NCBI GenBank assembly: GCA_965202585.1 | Contig: OZ241829.1 | Location: 28,954,001 to 29,018,000 of the forward strand | Direction of reading: 5' to 3' | Length of the DNA: 64,000 bases | From: Thalia democratica | Taxonomy: Eukaryota | Shown: positions 31,317 to 44,439 of the stretch, in pieces | Layout of the letters: each line of letters starts with the position of its first letter | Position numbering within the stretch: the first letter of the stretch is position 1 | Made by a program: the position numbers and the translations under genes | Notes under the pieces: model-generated | Told to the model about the DNA's origin: nothing | What the model saw: the letters and a program-made list of their open reading frames with translations, nothing else | The model's database searches: none

Positions 31317-34300
31317 GATGGTTTATCAGTAGCTGTAGAAATTGCATTAGTTTGTTGGTAATTAGTTTATTCACACCAAGTGTAGGAGTTAAATTGTACA
31401 GCAGTTGTTATCATGGTTTGTACGAATAACTGTACTAAAATTTGAATTTTTTCCAAGGTGTTTCTAAAAAACTGATAAAACTTTTTTTTAAGAAAATTGA
31501 TGATAAATATGTATACAGTGAGCTGAGTTGAACAGCATTTCATTTCATATAGGAATTTTTTTGTAACAGTTAGCATTACGAATATTATTTTCACACTAAA
31601 ATTTGATAATACTTTTAGTAAAATAAAACAAATACTTAATATAGGTCTTACAAGTAACAGTATGTAAAAGTATTTTAATTTAACTGAAAACCCTTTGCAT
31701 CTTTTTGTATAATTTTTATAACTGTTAACATAACATTCTTGAATGAATGTTTAAATATTATTTCAAAAATTAGGATGTTTGACATGATTTTTAAGTTAGT
31801 TGATAAAAACAAAAACAAATTTGTATCTGTCAGAGACAAAATTTTAAAAGTGTAGTTTACATTTTCTTTTTTTAATCTTAATCATTTGAAACTCTTGCTT
31901 TTAGCATAAAGTGATGTAGGTTATGGATCTATATCTACAAATTATTAATATATTTTCTGGTGTTGAACATTTAGTTTAATGAAAATCTTAGCCAGTATTT
32001 ATAACTAGTTATATTTGTAATCCATAGCAATGTATACTATTATTTTAATTAACTTTCACTTACTAATTAACTGATGACTCAAATAAAACTTTATATTCAA
32101 AAAGTTTTAAATTATTGTTAATTTCAACTATTTCTAATATCAAAGGTTCTAAGGAATTTTTAGTAATTGTTCATTTAAAGTTGTATGTCCGAAGCATTTA
32201 CTTGTAATTAAAAAAACATTATAAAATACAACTAATTAGAGTTTATTACTATGATAAGATATCAACTGTTATTAAGTAAGTAATTTTTGACCAAGTTTCT
32301 TAATCAACCATAAATTTAAATAATTAAAAAAAAAGTATTTTTTACTCAAACTTTAAAAGTCTAGTAATTATTGTCGTACTTAAAAAAATTAATTTGTGTA
32401 TTATAATACAAATTGATTTTAAGGCAGTTGAGTTTTAAGTAGAAATTTTTAAAGTTTGAAAAATAAAATATGATTTTTCTTAAATTTTTCGTCTCCTTAT
32501 TTAAACAAAAAAAGTAAAAAATTTACAAAAACAAAATTATACTAGTCTATACTAGTTGTTTTATAAAGAAACTGTTGTCAAAAAATCAAGCTTATCAAAA
32601 ATGCAAAAAAAAAGTTTCAAAAATTCTTACACTGTATGTATTTTAACTTATTTTTTTTTAATAGTTTACATGTTACTAGACTTTAGTTTTGTCTTAAAAA
32701 GTATTAGGACAAGGTTGTTAGAATTCTAACAGTAATTTCTGAATACTGAATAAACCTCAGTTTGCATGTATTTTGAAATTTAAACGAAGTTCTTTAAACA
32801 TCACATTAATATTAAAACTTAACTTTTAGTAGAAACCTTTTATGTTAAACTAGGTCAATGAGTGTTGTAAGATCTTGTATAAATATCGAAGTTATGTATT
32901 TATTATTCGTTTTTAGGAAAAAAAATCTGTTTGTAATTATAACTTCGATAGCAAATTTTTGAAACTATAAAAAACCTAACTAGAGGTATCTATAAAAATT
33001 TTGTCTTGATACTTATTTTTATTAGAAACATTATACAAAAAAACTAGTTTTTAAGTAAAAACTTTATTAAAGTTTTCGTTTAGCTTTCACAATAAGTATG
33101 TGTTTTTGTAATCTTTTACTTTTTGTATCAGGTTTAAAACAAATTTTCTGTAATACTGTTTTTTGAAATTCTATCATTTCTATCTTAAACTAATTTAAAA
33201 CTAGTAAATAATTACTTTTCCCAAAATAAACATACTTGTTTAACATTTGATTCTTATTGAGGTAATTATTTTTAATAATTTTTTTGTAACTTTTTATCAC
33301 ACTTAAATGTTTTTATGTCTTGGACATAAAGTTAAACTGCATCCGTGGTGTAAGACTTATTTCCGAAAACGTTTTTCGTGCACCAGGTCCTTAAGCTTTT
33401 GAACAACACAAGAAGTTTATTATATTCTGCAAAATATTAAGTAAACTAAAATGTGAAAAAAAACTAACATATTTATAAAAGAGTGCAAATTAAACTGCTT
33501 ATAACGTAACGAATATCAAAGTTTTCTTGCATCAAACTAAAACAAAGTTTAATAGCTGATATAAACTTCAAGTTTAAGTTTCTTATGTTTACGTGTCTTT
33601 ACACCAAAATAATAGCTATTTAGCTTTAGTATTTTTATACATTATTTCCACAAAAATTAGTTTAAAAGGCGAAAAGTTAGGATAAGAACTATGTATAAAT
33701 CATACAAGTTGGCAACGTTTAAGAAAAAAAAAACTGAAAATTTGATATACTAATTATGTTAAACTAAATTTATGAGCACAAACATTGTTATTGGTTAAAG
33801 ATATAATAAGAAAAAAAAGTGAGCTTGTTAAGTAGTTTAATAAGTGCTACCTAAATAGGTAGTTAATTTTAATTCATAACTTTACAGCCGTATATTGTTA
33901 CTCAGTTTATTACTGTACAATTAATTAGTTTCAGTATATGACTATATTCTAAATTTTTAATGATTAAGAAAGAAAAAGTTCAGTTATAAAAAAATCTGTA
34001 CAAAAAAAAATAACACTTAAAAAAGGAGATGTAATTTGTTTTAATTAAAAAAACTAAGGCAATCAATTATAAATATAAATAGGTTTTTTCTGAGATATTA
34101 AGCTTTTAGAAACATTTTATGTGAGATTTTACTTAAAAAACTTTGTATGAAAGCTAGAATTTAGCTGTAATCAGTTAATCCACTAAATACGAATTTGATA
34201 CGTTTAACGCTTATAGCTTTAAATGAAAATTTAAATTAAAGTCTAGTTTGTGTTAAAGTTAGATCTCATTAATATAGAAATATAAAATTTACTAACTTAC

Positions 34301-36808
34301 GATAACCAAAATTTTTTTTTGTTCAATTGGTCCTTGGACCAAATCTTTTTGAGCGCTTTATTTTTGTCATTCCACAAACTATTAATTTCTTAGATGAAAA
34401 GCCAAAAAACAATAAACAATGTAAAAAAAATTGATTTTTTTATATTTATAACAATAATATTTTTTTAAATTTTAGATGTTACTGAAGTATTTATTGAACA
34501 AACCTTTAAATATGTAGGATCTGTTTAAAAATCTTTTAGTATGAAGGTTTTTATTAAATCTCTACATTTGTTTATGTATTATTTTTATATAATAACATGA
34601 ATCTAGGCGAAATGATATAGTTACTAAACACTTTTTAAAATTTCAACAAGTTATTTCAAAGATAAAAACACAACTCAAGTTTTTATAACAAAATATAAAT
34701 CGTGCTAACTCTTCAGTTGTTTATTTGTTTTATATTGTCTAATTCTAAAAGGAACTCCAGAACTACAGAGAAAAATATCTATTATTCAGCAAAACCGAGG
34801 GTTAGTTTTTATATCTAAACTGCTGGCCATTACATTGAGCAAATAACTGACATAAGAATTTCAAAACATGTATATGTAGTATGGTTGTTTATTATTCTTC
34901 AATGAATATAGTTATGTCAGAATAACTTCTAGGCTATTTGGTAAGAGGATAGAGGACCATACTTTAAAAAGTATAGAAGATTTTTGTAAAACGGATAAAA
35001 ATAAAAAACCTAAAAGAGTCGTGAATGCTACAAAACGACCTAGTTAAGAACCTTGATTGTGCAAGTAATTATAGTTTATAAAAAATTAAAATTTCTAAAG
35101 ATTATTATAACAATTTTTACTTAGTGAAAATTAATGCATCATGTACTTAATTTGTGTAAACATAAAGATTTTGATTATACTGTTTATTTGTTTTCAAGTG
35201 TTTTATATACTGTTATGTATCTGAAATGTTTATCACAATTTGTTTTCATTTTAATTTAAATTGAAACTGCTAATGTATTGTAAAATATTACTTTAAACCT
35301 CATTAATAACACTTTTGCATTGATTATTTTTTGACTATATAATATGGATTTGAAACTTTATTTTTATTGCTGAGTAAACAATGATGAGTTAGCATGAAAT
35401 ATATTTTGTTATGAAAACTTCAGTTATGTTTCTATCATTGAACTTATTACTAAAAATAAGTTTATAAAAGTATACTGAGTGTAAGTTAAACATTTAAAAA
35501 AATAACTTAAATAAACCCTTAATTCTTTAATTTTATATAACTTAATCGTTTTGAAATACGAAAGTGTGCAACAATTGTAGTTGCAGACTTTACTTCTGTA
35601 TTTCATTTAATAAATTGAAAAAAAAAACTTTAAAAAGTATGTAAATCAGTATAAATTCTAAAAAACAGTTTTGAATTAAATTATAATCCTTATTTTTTAA
35701 AACGAATGAATCAATAGTTAATTTAACTCAAAATTAATAAATAAAAATATAAATCTTAAAGTGAAACAAATGTAATGACCTATAAGAAAGTCGTTCAAAA
35801 AAATATTTTATAAATATAAATAAAATACTGTAAAGTTTTTTAAAAAGCCAGGCTACAGTAGTTTTTAGTTTGAAAATCGATTTAGTAATCTGTTTTCGTC
35901 CATAATTTTAATTTAATCTGTATAAAGAAGAATAAACTAAGACTGTTTAAATAGCTTTGAAAGCTAAGCGTAAAACGTATGTCATGTACTGTTTAGTTAT
36001 GAAAAATTAAGATTTTTTTTCTTAAAATTAAAATAGGCAAGCTTGAGTTCTACTTACATATACTTTATTTGCAACAGGTTTTAATTTAATATAATTTAAG
36101 TTACAAAATTAACTTAAAGTTACCAATCATTTACACAAAAACTTATCGTAATTATTGTCATGTAATAAAACATAACAAAATTATTTCAAAATATCTAAAA
36201 CAATTTTATTTATCGAAGAAAAGCATATTTTCAATAGTTAATATTTAAAAAATTCAAAAAATGCATAAAAAATTAATAAAATATAAAATAAAAACATTAT
36301 TTTTTTTTTGTATTGTTAGATGTGTTTTTATTTTTAGTTTATAACTAATATTTCTAAAAATAAAATTGTTTTTCAAAAAAGTTTATTGATTATAAAAGGC
36401 TTGAAAACATTTGTCAGAGTATGTGATAAAATAAATAGCAATGAACCATAAAATGAAAACTTTTGTTAAAAATGTCTCTAACAAAAATAAATTTCAATTA
36501 TTCACAATCATAGTTATTTCCCTAAAAAAAGAGAGTGAAGTAAACAAAGTTACACAAAAGCTTATAAATAAAAATTTAAAACATTAAAACAACAAGAAAA
36601 AACTGGAACTGTATGTTTTTATGAAATAAGTTACTTGAACAGATACATTTTTGGAATTGCAGATTTAAACCTACCTCAAATTTTTTTTCGTGTGTTCTTA
36701 TAGTTAAGTAACAAGACCAATTAGTACTATCGTAACAAAAGTGAGTACATTTATAAACAAAGCAAATAAAATCTAAGTAGAGAAAATAGTTAAATTAGCA
36801 GTTATTTA

Positions 36809-38159
36809 TCAAAAAAGTAACAATGAAAATAAGTATAAGGGCGTTGGGAGTTTGTTCAGCAAAATATTCAAATAACGATTTCCACTCAAATCGAACACTA
36901 GCTTGTAAACTTTTGATACTCTGATTGCAATTACTTGCTTCTGATTTACCTGTAGTGTGTTGTTGTTGTGTTCTTCTTCTGTGATAATTACATAGGAAGT
37001 ATTTAACATAGTTTCAGCTTATTAAATTTACTCAGTAAACAGTTTTGTAGCAATAGTATTTTTTTTTTGTTTTTTAAATGTTCAAATTTGTTTAAAATAA
37101 AGATTTTTGATTTTTTAAATTTATGCTTTTTTCTAATTTAAATATTTGAAAAAAAAAATCCATCTAAAATAAAAATGTTTAAAATTTGTACAACAAACTG
37201 GTGTTTACGAATTTCAAAAAATTTGAATAGTATTTGGCATAAAATAAACTCAAACAAAACTACTTCTTTCTGGATTTTGTAAGTTATACTTGCTGTAAAA
37301 AAGTTAAAGCATAAAATAACCGGACATACAAATTACAAACTGATGGTTGTTTTAGTTAAGTTTATACTTGGGTACATAATTAAGCTTACACAAGCAAAAT
37401 AAATAAACCCTCAAAAAAGATAGTCTATAAATGCCAATTAATAGCAATACTTGTTTCCTATAAAATTATTGTTTGCATGTTAAAAATATTTAAAACTATA
37501 TATTTTGTTCTATTAACATTTTTATAAAGAAACTAATCTGGTCTATAAGTAAGCTCCTAAGAAATGCTTTGAAAATTAAGAGTAAGTTTTAGTTTGTTTT
37601 TTAAAACATTTTAAAATTAAAAAATGATGAAAGACGATTTTAAATCATTATCCTTTTAAACTGTGTAGATTTTAACTTGAAATAGTTTATTGCAACGCAA
37701 AATTTATTATTTTAAGATTATTAAGTTTTTTTAATTATAAAAACTAAACCTGGTCTACCGTAAGAACATTGTAGATATACATAATAAATTTTAATGAATC
37801 ATTAGACTTTGTCTGTCAAAAGGTTTTTAAGGTTCGTTTTAAAAATACAAAGATTAAATGTATTTTTTTAAAGTTTTTCTTTAACCAACAATCGTATAAA
37901 TTTATAGTACTAAATATAAAAAAAGTTTACTTAATATATTTTATGTAACTTAAAGTACAAAGTTTTTTCTTTTTTTTTTAATTTTGTACAAAACTTAGTT
38001 GAATGAACTCTTGTTTATAAAAAAACTTGGACAACATATTTGATAAAATTAGTTCAAATTAGCCTCAGTACTATGCAAAATAAAATTAATAAAAATAAAA
38101 CTCACTTCTTAAGATGTTTTTCCTTACTAACGGAGAAAAAACCATAAGAAACAAGGAAA
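36809..38159 (-). CDS. Unknown small protein, paralog A (exons 38106-38159 and 36809-36978; 5' end unresolved)
   Basis: cttatag|TT TCC..AGA A|gtgagt and cacag|AA GAA..TTT TGA; SLFLMVFSPLVRKNILRKEEHNNNTLQVNQKQVIAIRVSKVYKLVFDLSGNRYLNILLNKLPTPLYLFSLLLF*; conserved with paralog B, mostly via synonymous changes in the last exon. Confidence 0.75.
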
Positions 38160-41100
38160 CTATAAGCACAACTAAAGTAACCATAACTACATCTTTCATC
38201 ATATTAATAATATATCTGTAACTTTTTATTAACACAAGTAAAAAGTATGCGATTTGTTAATAAACGTTTTGTAGTTGTTAAACTAAGAAACCATTTGTTA
38301 TTTATAGTCTAAACTTAGTGTTGCTTAAAATAAACATATCTTAAAAAATGTATAAATTGTTAACAAAAATTATTTTAAAACACCAATGAATAGTATTGTT
38401 ATTTTCTAAGTCTAAGTAATGATTTAAATGATATTTCACTTACATACTTTTAGTTAATATAAAGGACAAAGTTTGTAAATTTTTCTAAAAAATTTCGTTA
38501 AGTACAGTTTTGCGGAAGTTAAAATATTAATATTGATATCTTAGTTTACTCTATATAACATGTGTTTTGTTTTACTTAATTTTGTAGAACATGTATTATG
38601 TTATTAAATAAAATAAACACAAACTCATTAATTAAAATACTGTATTAGTAAATTAATTGATAAAATGAGTTAAGGAAATGCATAATTTAAATTAAGAAAA
38701 AAAAAATTACTTTTAAAAAAGAGTCAAATTATGTTGTCAATTTGAGTTCTTTTTTTTATATATATTCACTTAAAGTTTGATGTAGATATAGTCTAACCGC
38801 ATAAAAAGTGTTTTAAGTTTTTTAACTTTGCTTTACATGTTGTTGCAAATCTTATAATCATAGAATAAAAAACTTGACTATACTTAAAATAATATTTTAA
38901 TTTTAATATGCAAACTCTATGTGTGCGTCTTTGTTTAACTAGTTGTCTTTCTTATATATTTGTGAATCTTGATTTATTTTTAGCTAATTAAATTTTCATA
39001 AACTATATGTATCTACTATAAGTATAAACTATAAGTATCTACTCAAAAAAAAAAACAAGACTATAGTCCAATTAAAAAATTAATAAATAAAAAAGTAAAC
39101 CTTCACAATGCTTTCAATGAAAAAGCCGAATAAGTAGTAGTATACTGCGTAGTATATTATCAAAAGAAAAAACTTTCTCTCAAATTCATATTGTTGAAAC
39201 GTGCCTTATAGGTTAATCAATGTTTAAATTCTGAAGCAGCATAGTATCAATTTACTCTGCTATTTTTACTGGCTTCAAACTTGAACCTAGATTTAAGTAT
39301 TTTCTAGATCACAGATTAACTTAAATAAATTCGAATTTTATCCAGAGAAAATGTGTTCTTAAAACAAACTTTTGAAGAAATAATTTTAAAGTGTTTTACT
39401 TTTAAAACAGCACAAAGAGAAGGGTTATGAAGCTCATTTGTTATTAAAAAGGTAGTCACTGAAACTTATAGTTATTTTTTTAAGTTTAAAAGTTTAAATA
39501 GTAAACTTAGATTATAGATTCAAACTTTAAGCATAGCAGTTTTTTTTGAAACGTATTAAAATTTAAAAATCAACAGAAAAATTTTATTTAAAGACTTTGT
39601 AAATATCTAAACTTTTATCTTTTTATTGTTTTGAAAATTTACAGGTTTTTTTTTGACCTGAAACAAACACAAATACAAGTTGTACAAATCAACAAAATCA
39701 CTAAAGTATTACAAACAGTTTGATGAATTTATCAAATTCTCATCACTACACTAATATTGAAATTAAATTTGAAAAAATTCATTCAGATTTAAACACAACT
39801 TTTTGTTTTTATTTGAAATTAAGTATAATTTGAACTTAAACTTGTATTTGCTTATTGAAAACAATACTGCAGCTTAAAATGTTTGGTCAAGCTAAAATTA
39901 CTTTTGTTGTGCTAAAAAGACTTATCTGAGCAAATATCTAAGTGCAGGTGAACTTTAAAACTAATTCCAAAGTCGTTTATGTTGTCTAGACCAGAGTGAA
40001 AATAAATTATGTCGTTAAAAAACTTCAAATAAAGTAAAAGTTCAAGCTAAAATAATTCTATTAGGTTCAAAAAACCAGCCTTATCAACTTACAAAGCTAC
40101 TTTTAAGGTTTAATAGTTTATAGCTGTTTTGTAAGATTTTAGACAGTTTAAAAACATATTAATAACATTTAATTATGAACTTTGACTGACGTATAAGTAC
40201 TTTTTTAGTTTACTTATTTTCTGTAAAATAAAACGTAATTAATTTTTTTTCTTCAAAGTTATAAGTTTACTAAAAGTAATAAAATGAAAATAGCAAAAGC
40301 ACCATAACTTTGATGCAAAAATGTTTTTATACAACATACAAATACCTTATACTTCAACAAAATTCTAAAGTATTCACAAAAATCTCATATAAAAGTAAAG
40401 TCTCTAACTGGTAAACAAAACAAACATGTAATAAAAACAACGAATTAAGTTTGTTTTTTTATAATCACATCCACGTTTAAAATGTTATTATAAAGTTGTT
40501 TCAAAAGGTTTTTGAAATATTTTATGTTTAAAACTGTACAATAACCGCAGTTTCCTTCTTACTCAACAATCATAATTATCACTTAAGTTTGATAACTCAG
40601 TTACGGATCTACTGAAAATATCGTTACGTTGGTACACGTCATACGAACAATGGACATTATAGCACTTGTAGTAGATAAACAGCGTTATGATTGTTGTATA
40701 AGTGTTTTTGTCATTAATTTGTGATCAATGTTATTATCAAGTTTAGAATTCAATTAACAATGATCGTTTACAACTACATCAAAGATAGTCAGATCGTTTG
40801 TTCAGTTGGTATTAATAGCTTTTATTTATAAGTTCTTGCATTTATATCAAAGTATTACTTAAGTATAGGTTTCTCAAACCTTACAAATATTTTAACGAAA
40901 ACGCTGACTATTTTAACTCAAAGTGGAATCAAAAGTGTTTTAAGCTAAAAGATACTGCATTAAACTAAAAGTTTATTGAAAAAATGTAGACAACTTAAAA
41001 AAAGTATATTTCTATAAACATAGACTTATATTCACAAAAAAATAGCGAAAAAACGATTTATTATAACGGAACAACCACTGGTTTTCACTCAAATAGATTA

Positions 41101-43739
41101 GAGTTATTATAAAAGCTGCAATTTACTACAAAAGATCTTAACTACTTTGTGATAACATTATACTTAGGAATGAAAATGAGTATCATTTTTGCTACAAAAT
41201 GTTTATTTAAGATAAAAGAAAAAAGATTATTGTTGTAAATTCAATTTTTTTTTACTTTAAAAATAATGTATAATAATGTTTAAACTAGCAGTATAACTCA
41301 TAGCAATATTTATTTTTTAGTTTGTAAACTGTCTATTCATAAAACTTTGTTGGTTTTTCATATTTTTCTTTTGTTTTTTAAGATCTCATAAAAAAGGTTT
41401 AAAAATAACTTTAGTTCTACTTTAAAACGTTAGTTGTATGATATAAAGCTAATTAGTTTTGTTTACATTAAATCAATAAAGAAATTTATAACAAAGCTAG
41501 TAAACAAAAATAAAAAAATATTTATAACGATTCTCACAATTTAAAAAGCTATTAAAACTCACAAAATATGTTATACCACTGTTATACCACTGCGGTGCAC
41601 TACAATATCTGTGTTCTTCTTGAGTCTAAATTCTTATGAAGTTTATAAGTTAAAAAAAATTATGTGGAGTTTTTTATCATAGCCGGTACACAATGGTCTC
41701 TACGCACCGGAACTCGGCTATGTATATTTGGTATTTAAAAATTCGTTTAACTTTTCGAATACTACATAAACATAGTTGAAAAACAAGCAAATTAAGCAGG
41801 GAAAATTAATATTTAAAGGATACGATAATACATTTTTTTAGGTGGAACGCATGCGCCAGTGTTCCTCCCCACGCTACGCCTATGGCCACTGCTATGTAGT
41901 AATCAAGGACTTCTAAAAAATGTCGGGAGTTTAACAGTTTTTAAGTATTGCAGACTCATGCTTTTTGTTTAGGTTTTTTGAGTTAAACAAAAAGTATACT
42001 AAAAAAAAATAAAACTCCAAGATGAAATTTAACTAAACTCTTATAAGAACTCAAGTAGAGTTTGTCCAAACTCAAAGAACAATATGTTATATGTAAAAAA
42101 ATTACGTGTATAAATAATTTAAACCGTTTTGAATATTAAAGACCTTCAAGTTATTTTAATATACCAATATACAAAACTAACAACTATACCTACATGATAT
42201 ACATTTGCTTTAAAACTTTTGCTAGCTTTCGATATAACTTATTTTTATACCAAAAATAAATACAATACGAACTTTATAATTGAAACAAGCACAACTAATT
42301 ACTCAAATACCAGTTTTTCGTTGCTCGAACTACTTGAAATTTTGTTTTTAAACGATCATTATTTTAGACGGTCTAAACTAATCTATTAAACTTATGTTAC
42401 AAATTTATACTTCAATAATTCATAGCTTAAATATACGTGTAACATTTTATTATTTAATGAAGCTATGTTTTAGTTATTATTTTCATTTACACTTACTCTG
42501 GTATATTTCAACTTTTTAAATAAACACATGTGTCAAACTAATCAAATAACACATAAATACAAATTTTAAGCTGAGTAACTTATAAAAACCAAGTCTTTAC
42601 TAAACTTTTTAAGTTGAAACTAGGTTTTAAGTATTCAAATTGTTTCACATATTATGGAAGTAGATAATTAAATATAGGCTAACACACATGTATATAAATA
42701 AATATATTTTATGTAACTTATAACACTGTTAACGACAAATTATTGCCAGTAGTAAACATTCTAAAAAATTAAAAACAAGTATGTTTGTTTTTTTAACTCA
42801 TATAATACTATTTATTTGAGGTTATAAAAACATACTGAAATAGCTAATTAAAAACATTTTTTATTTATAACTCACTACTAAACTTGTTTAACGATTGTAG
42901 AGTTTTAACTTAAGTTACTATTTTTTAAATATGTAAAAATTTATTAAATTTTTAGCATTAACAAATAAATTTAGGTTATAAAAACAAACATATATTTCTT
43001 ATTAAAATTTGTACTAAACTGACGATAGATTTGTAAATCATTTTTAAAACTTTTTGTTACAAACTAAATAATGGTATCATTAAAATTCATAGTTGTTTTA
43101 TATTGTAAACTGAATAGTACTAAAAGTAGTAGTCTTGTATAGCATTTATAGAATAGTATGTTTATGTAGAGTAAAACCGTAATGTTTTTTATTAAGAAAA
43201 CTAGTTTTTAGGTTGCAAAAACAACTAAGGAAGCGTTGATAAACAATAAAGATAGAAAATAGTACAACAGAGTTAAGTGTTTTTACAAAAACTAATTTAA
43301 AATAAAATTAATTAAAAAAAAAAGTTTATTAACAACATCAAACTAGCAATATTTTAATTTTTAACTTCATAAACAAGTAGTCTAAGCTTACATAAACATC
43401 AGTGCTAATAACAAATTTTAATGATTCAAATTTTATTGTTTTGTCACTTAAACTGTTTAAAAACGTTATAAGTGCTTAAGCTTTTTTTTTGTGTTCAATT
43501 TTTATTTAAAGCTAAATTTTTTTTTAACTTTCAACTTCCAAAACTATACATATATAAACTTAAATGTAGATTTTTTTATGAAAAATAGATATACACAAAA
43601 ATAACATAAGTAATTAATTGATACTTTAATGCATTAAGAAAAGATGTACAAAAAATATAGAACATAGTGAACTTTTGTTAAAAAACAAAAACAAAGCTCT
43701 TACACTTGACAATACACGTAAAAGTAAAACAGAATAATG

Positions 43740-44439
43740 TCAAAAAAGCAGCAAGGAAAACAAATAAATAGGAGTCGGAAGTTTTTTTAGCAAGACACTC
43801 AAATAATCATTTCCGCTTAAATCAATCATCAGTTTGTAAGCTTTTGATATTTTGATCGCAACTACTTGATTCTGACTAATTTGCTTTAGTTCTACACTGT
43901 TTGTATGACCTGTTATAAAATATTTTTTTTACTTCTAAGCAATTATCATCTCAATTAGGTAAATTTTAAACAGCCATTTGATATAAGCAGGTGGGTACGA
44001 TGTCAAAATATTTTTTAAATGTTTAAATAAAAATTGTTTAAATGTTACAAAGCTGTTACGGTTTTTAACTGTTTTGGTAAGTGTTATAGTTTATTCTAGA
44101 TAAAAGTGGTTTTTGGTCAATAACGCTGACTATATAATATATCTAAAAAAATTCTACAAGAAAACGTCTTAAATATCTGACTAGACAATTTTAATTTCGT
44201 TTTTTATGTTTTTTGTCGGTTAGTTTAATCTAAAAGTAAATTAATTGTAGTTAAATTGTTGAAAAGAAAATAAGACTTGATTCTTGTTAAAAATTAATTT
44301 GTTTCGGAAAAGTGCTATTAAAAATTAGTAGTGTATAAAACAATTTTAAAACATTTATATCAAGATATATAGATAAAAAATTGACCTTCTTTTGTACTTC
44401 TACTTAGTAAAGGTGATACCATCGTTAACAAACAGGAAA
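43740..44439 (-). CDS. Unknown small protein, paralog B (exons 44386-44439 and 43740-43909; 5' end unresolved)
   Basis: ttttcag|TT TCC..GAA G|gtcaat and ataacag|GT CAT..TTT TGA; SCLLTMVSPLLSRSTKEGHTNSVELKQISQNQVVAIKISKAYKLMIDLSGNDYLSVLLKKLPTPIYLFSLLLF*; exon sizes (54, 170) and phases identical to paralog A. Confidence 0.75.

Noticed and set aside
34880-35046. ~55-codon stop-to-stop frame on the plus strand
   Set aside because: No start, splice signals or recognisable motif.
39101-39144. Possible upstream exon of paralog A (YYYLFGFFIESIVK)
   Set aside because: Ends in phase 0, incompatible with the phase-1 acceptor, and has no counterpart near paralog B.
41678-41890. Small hairpin catagccg..cggctatg and GC-rich gttcctccccacgctacgcctatg
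   Set aside because: Look like fragments of common short interspersed repeats; too short to classify.
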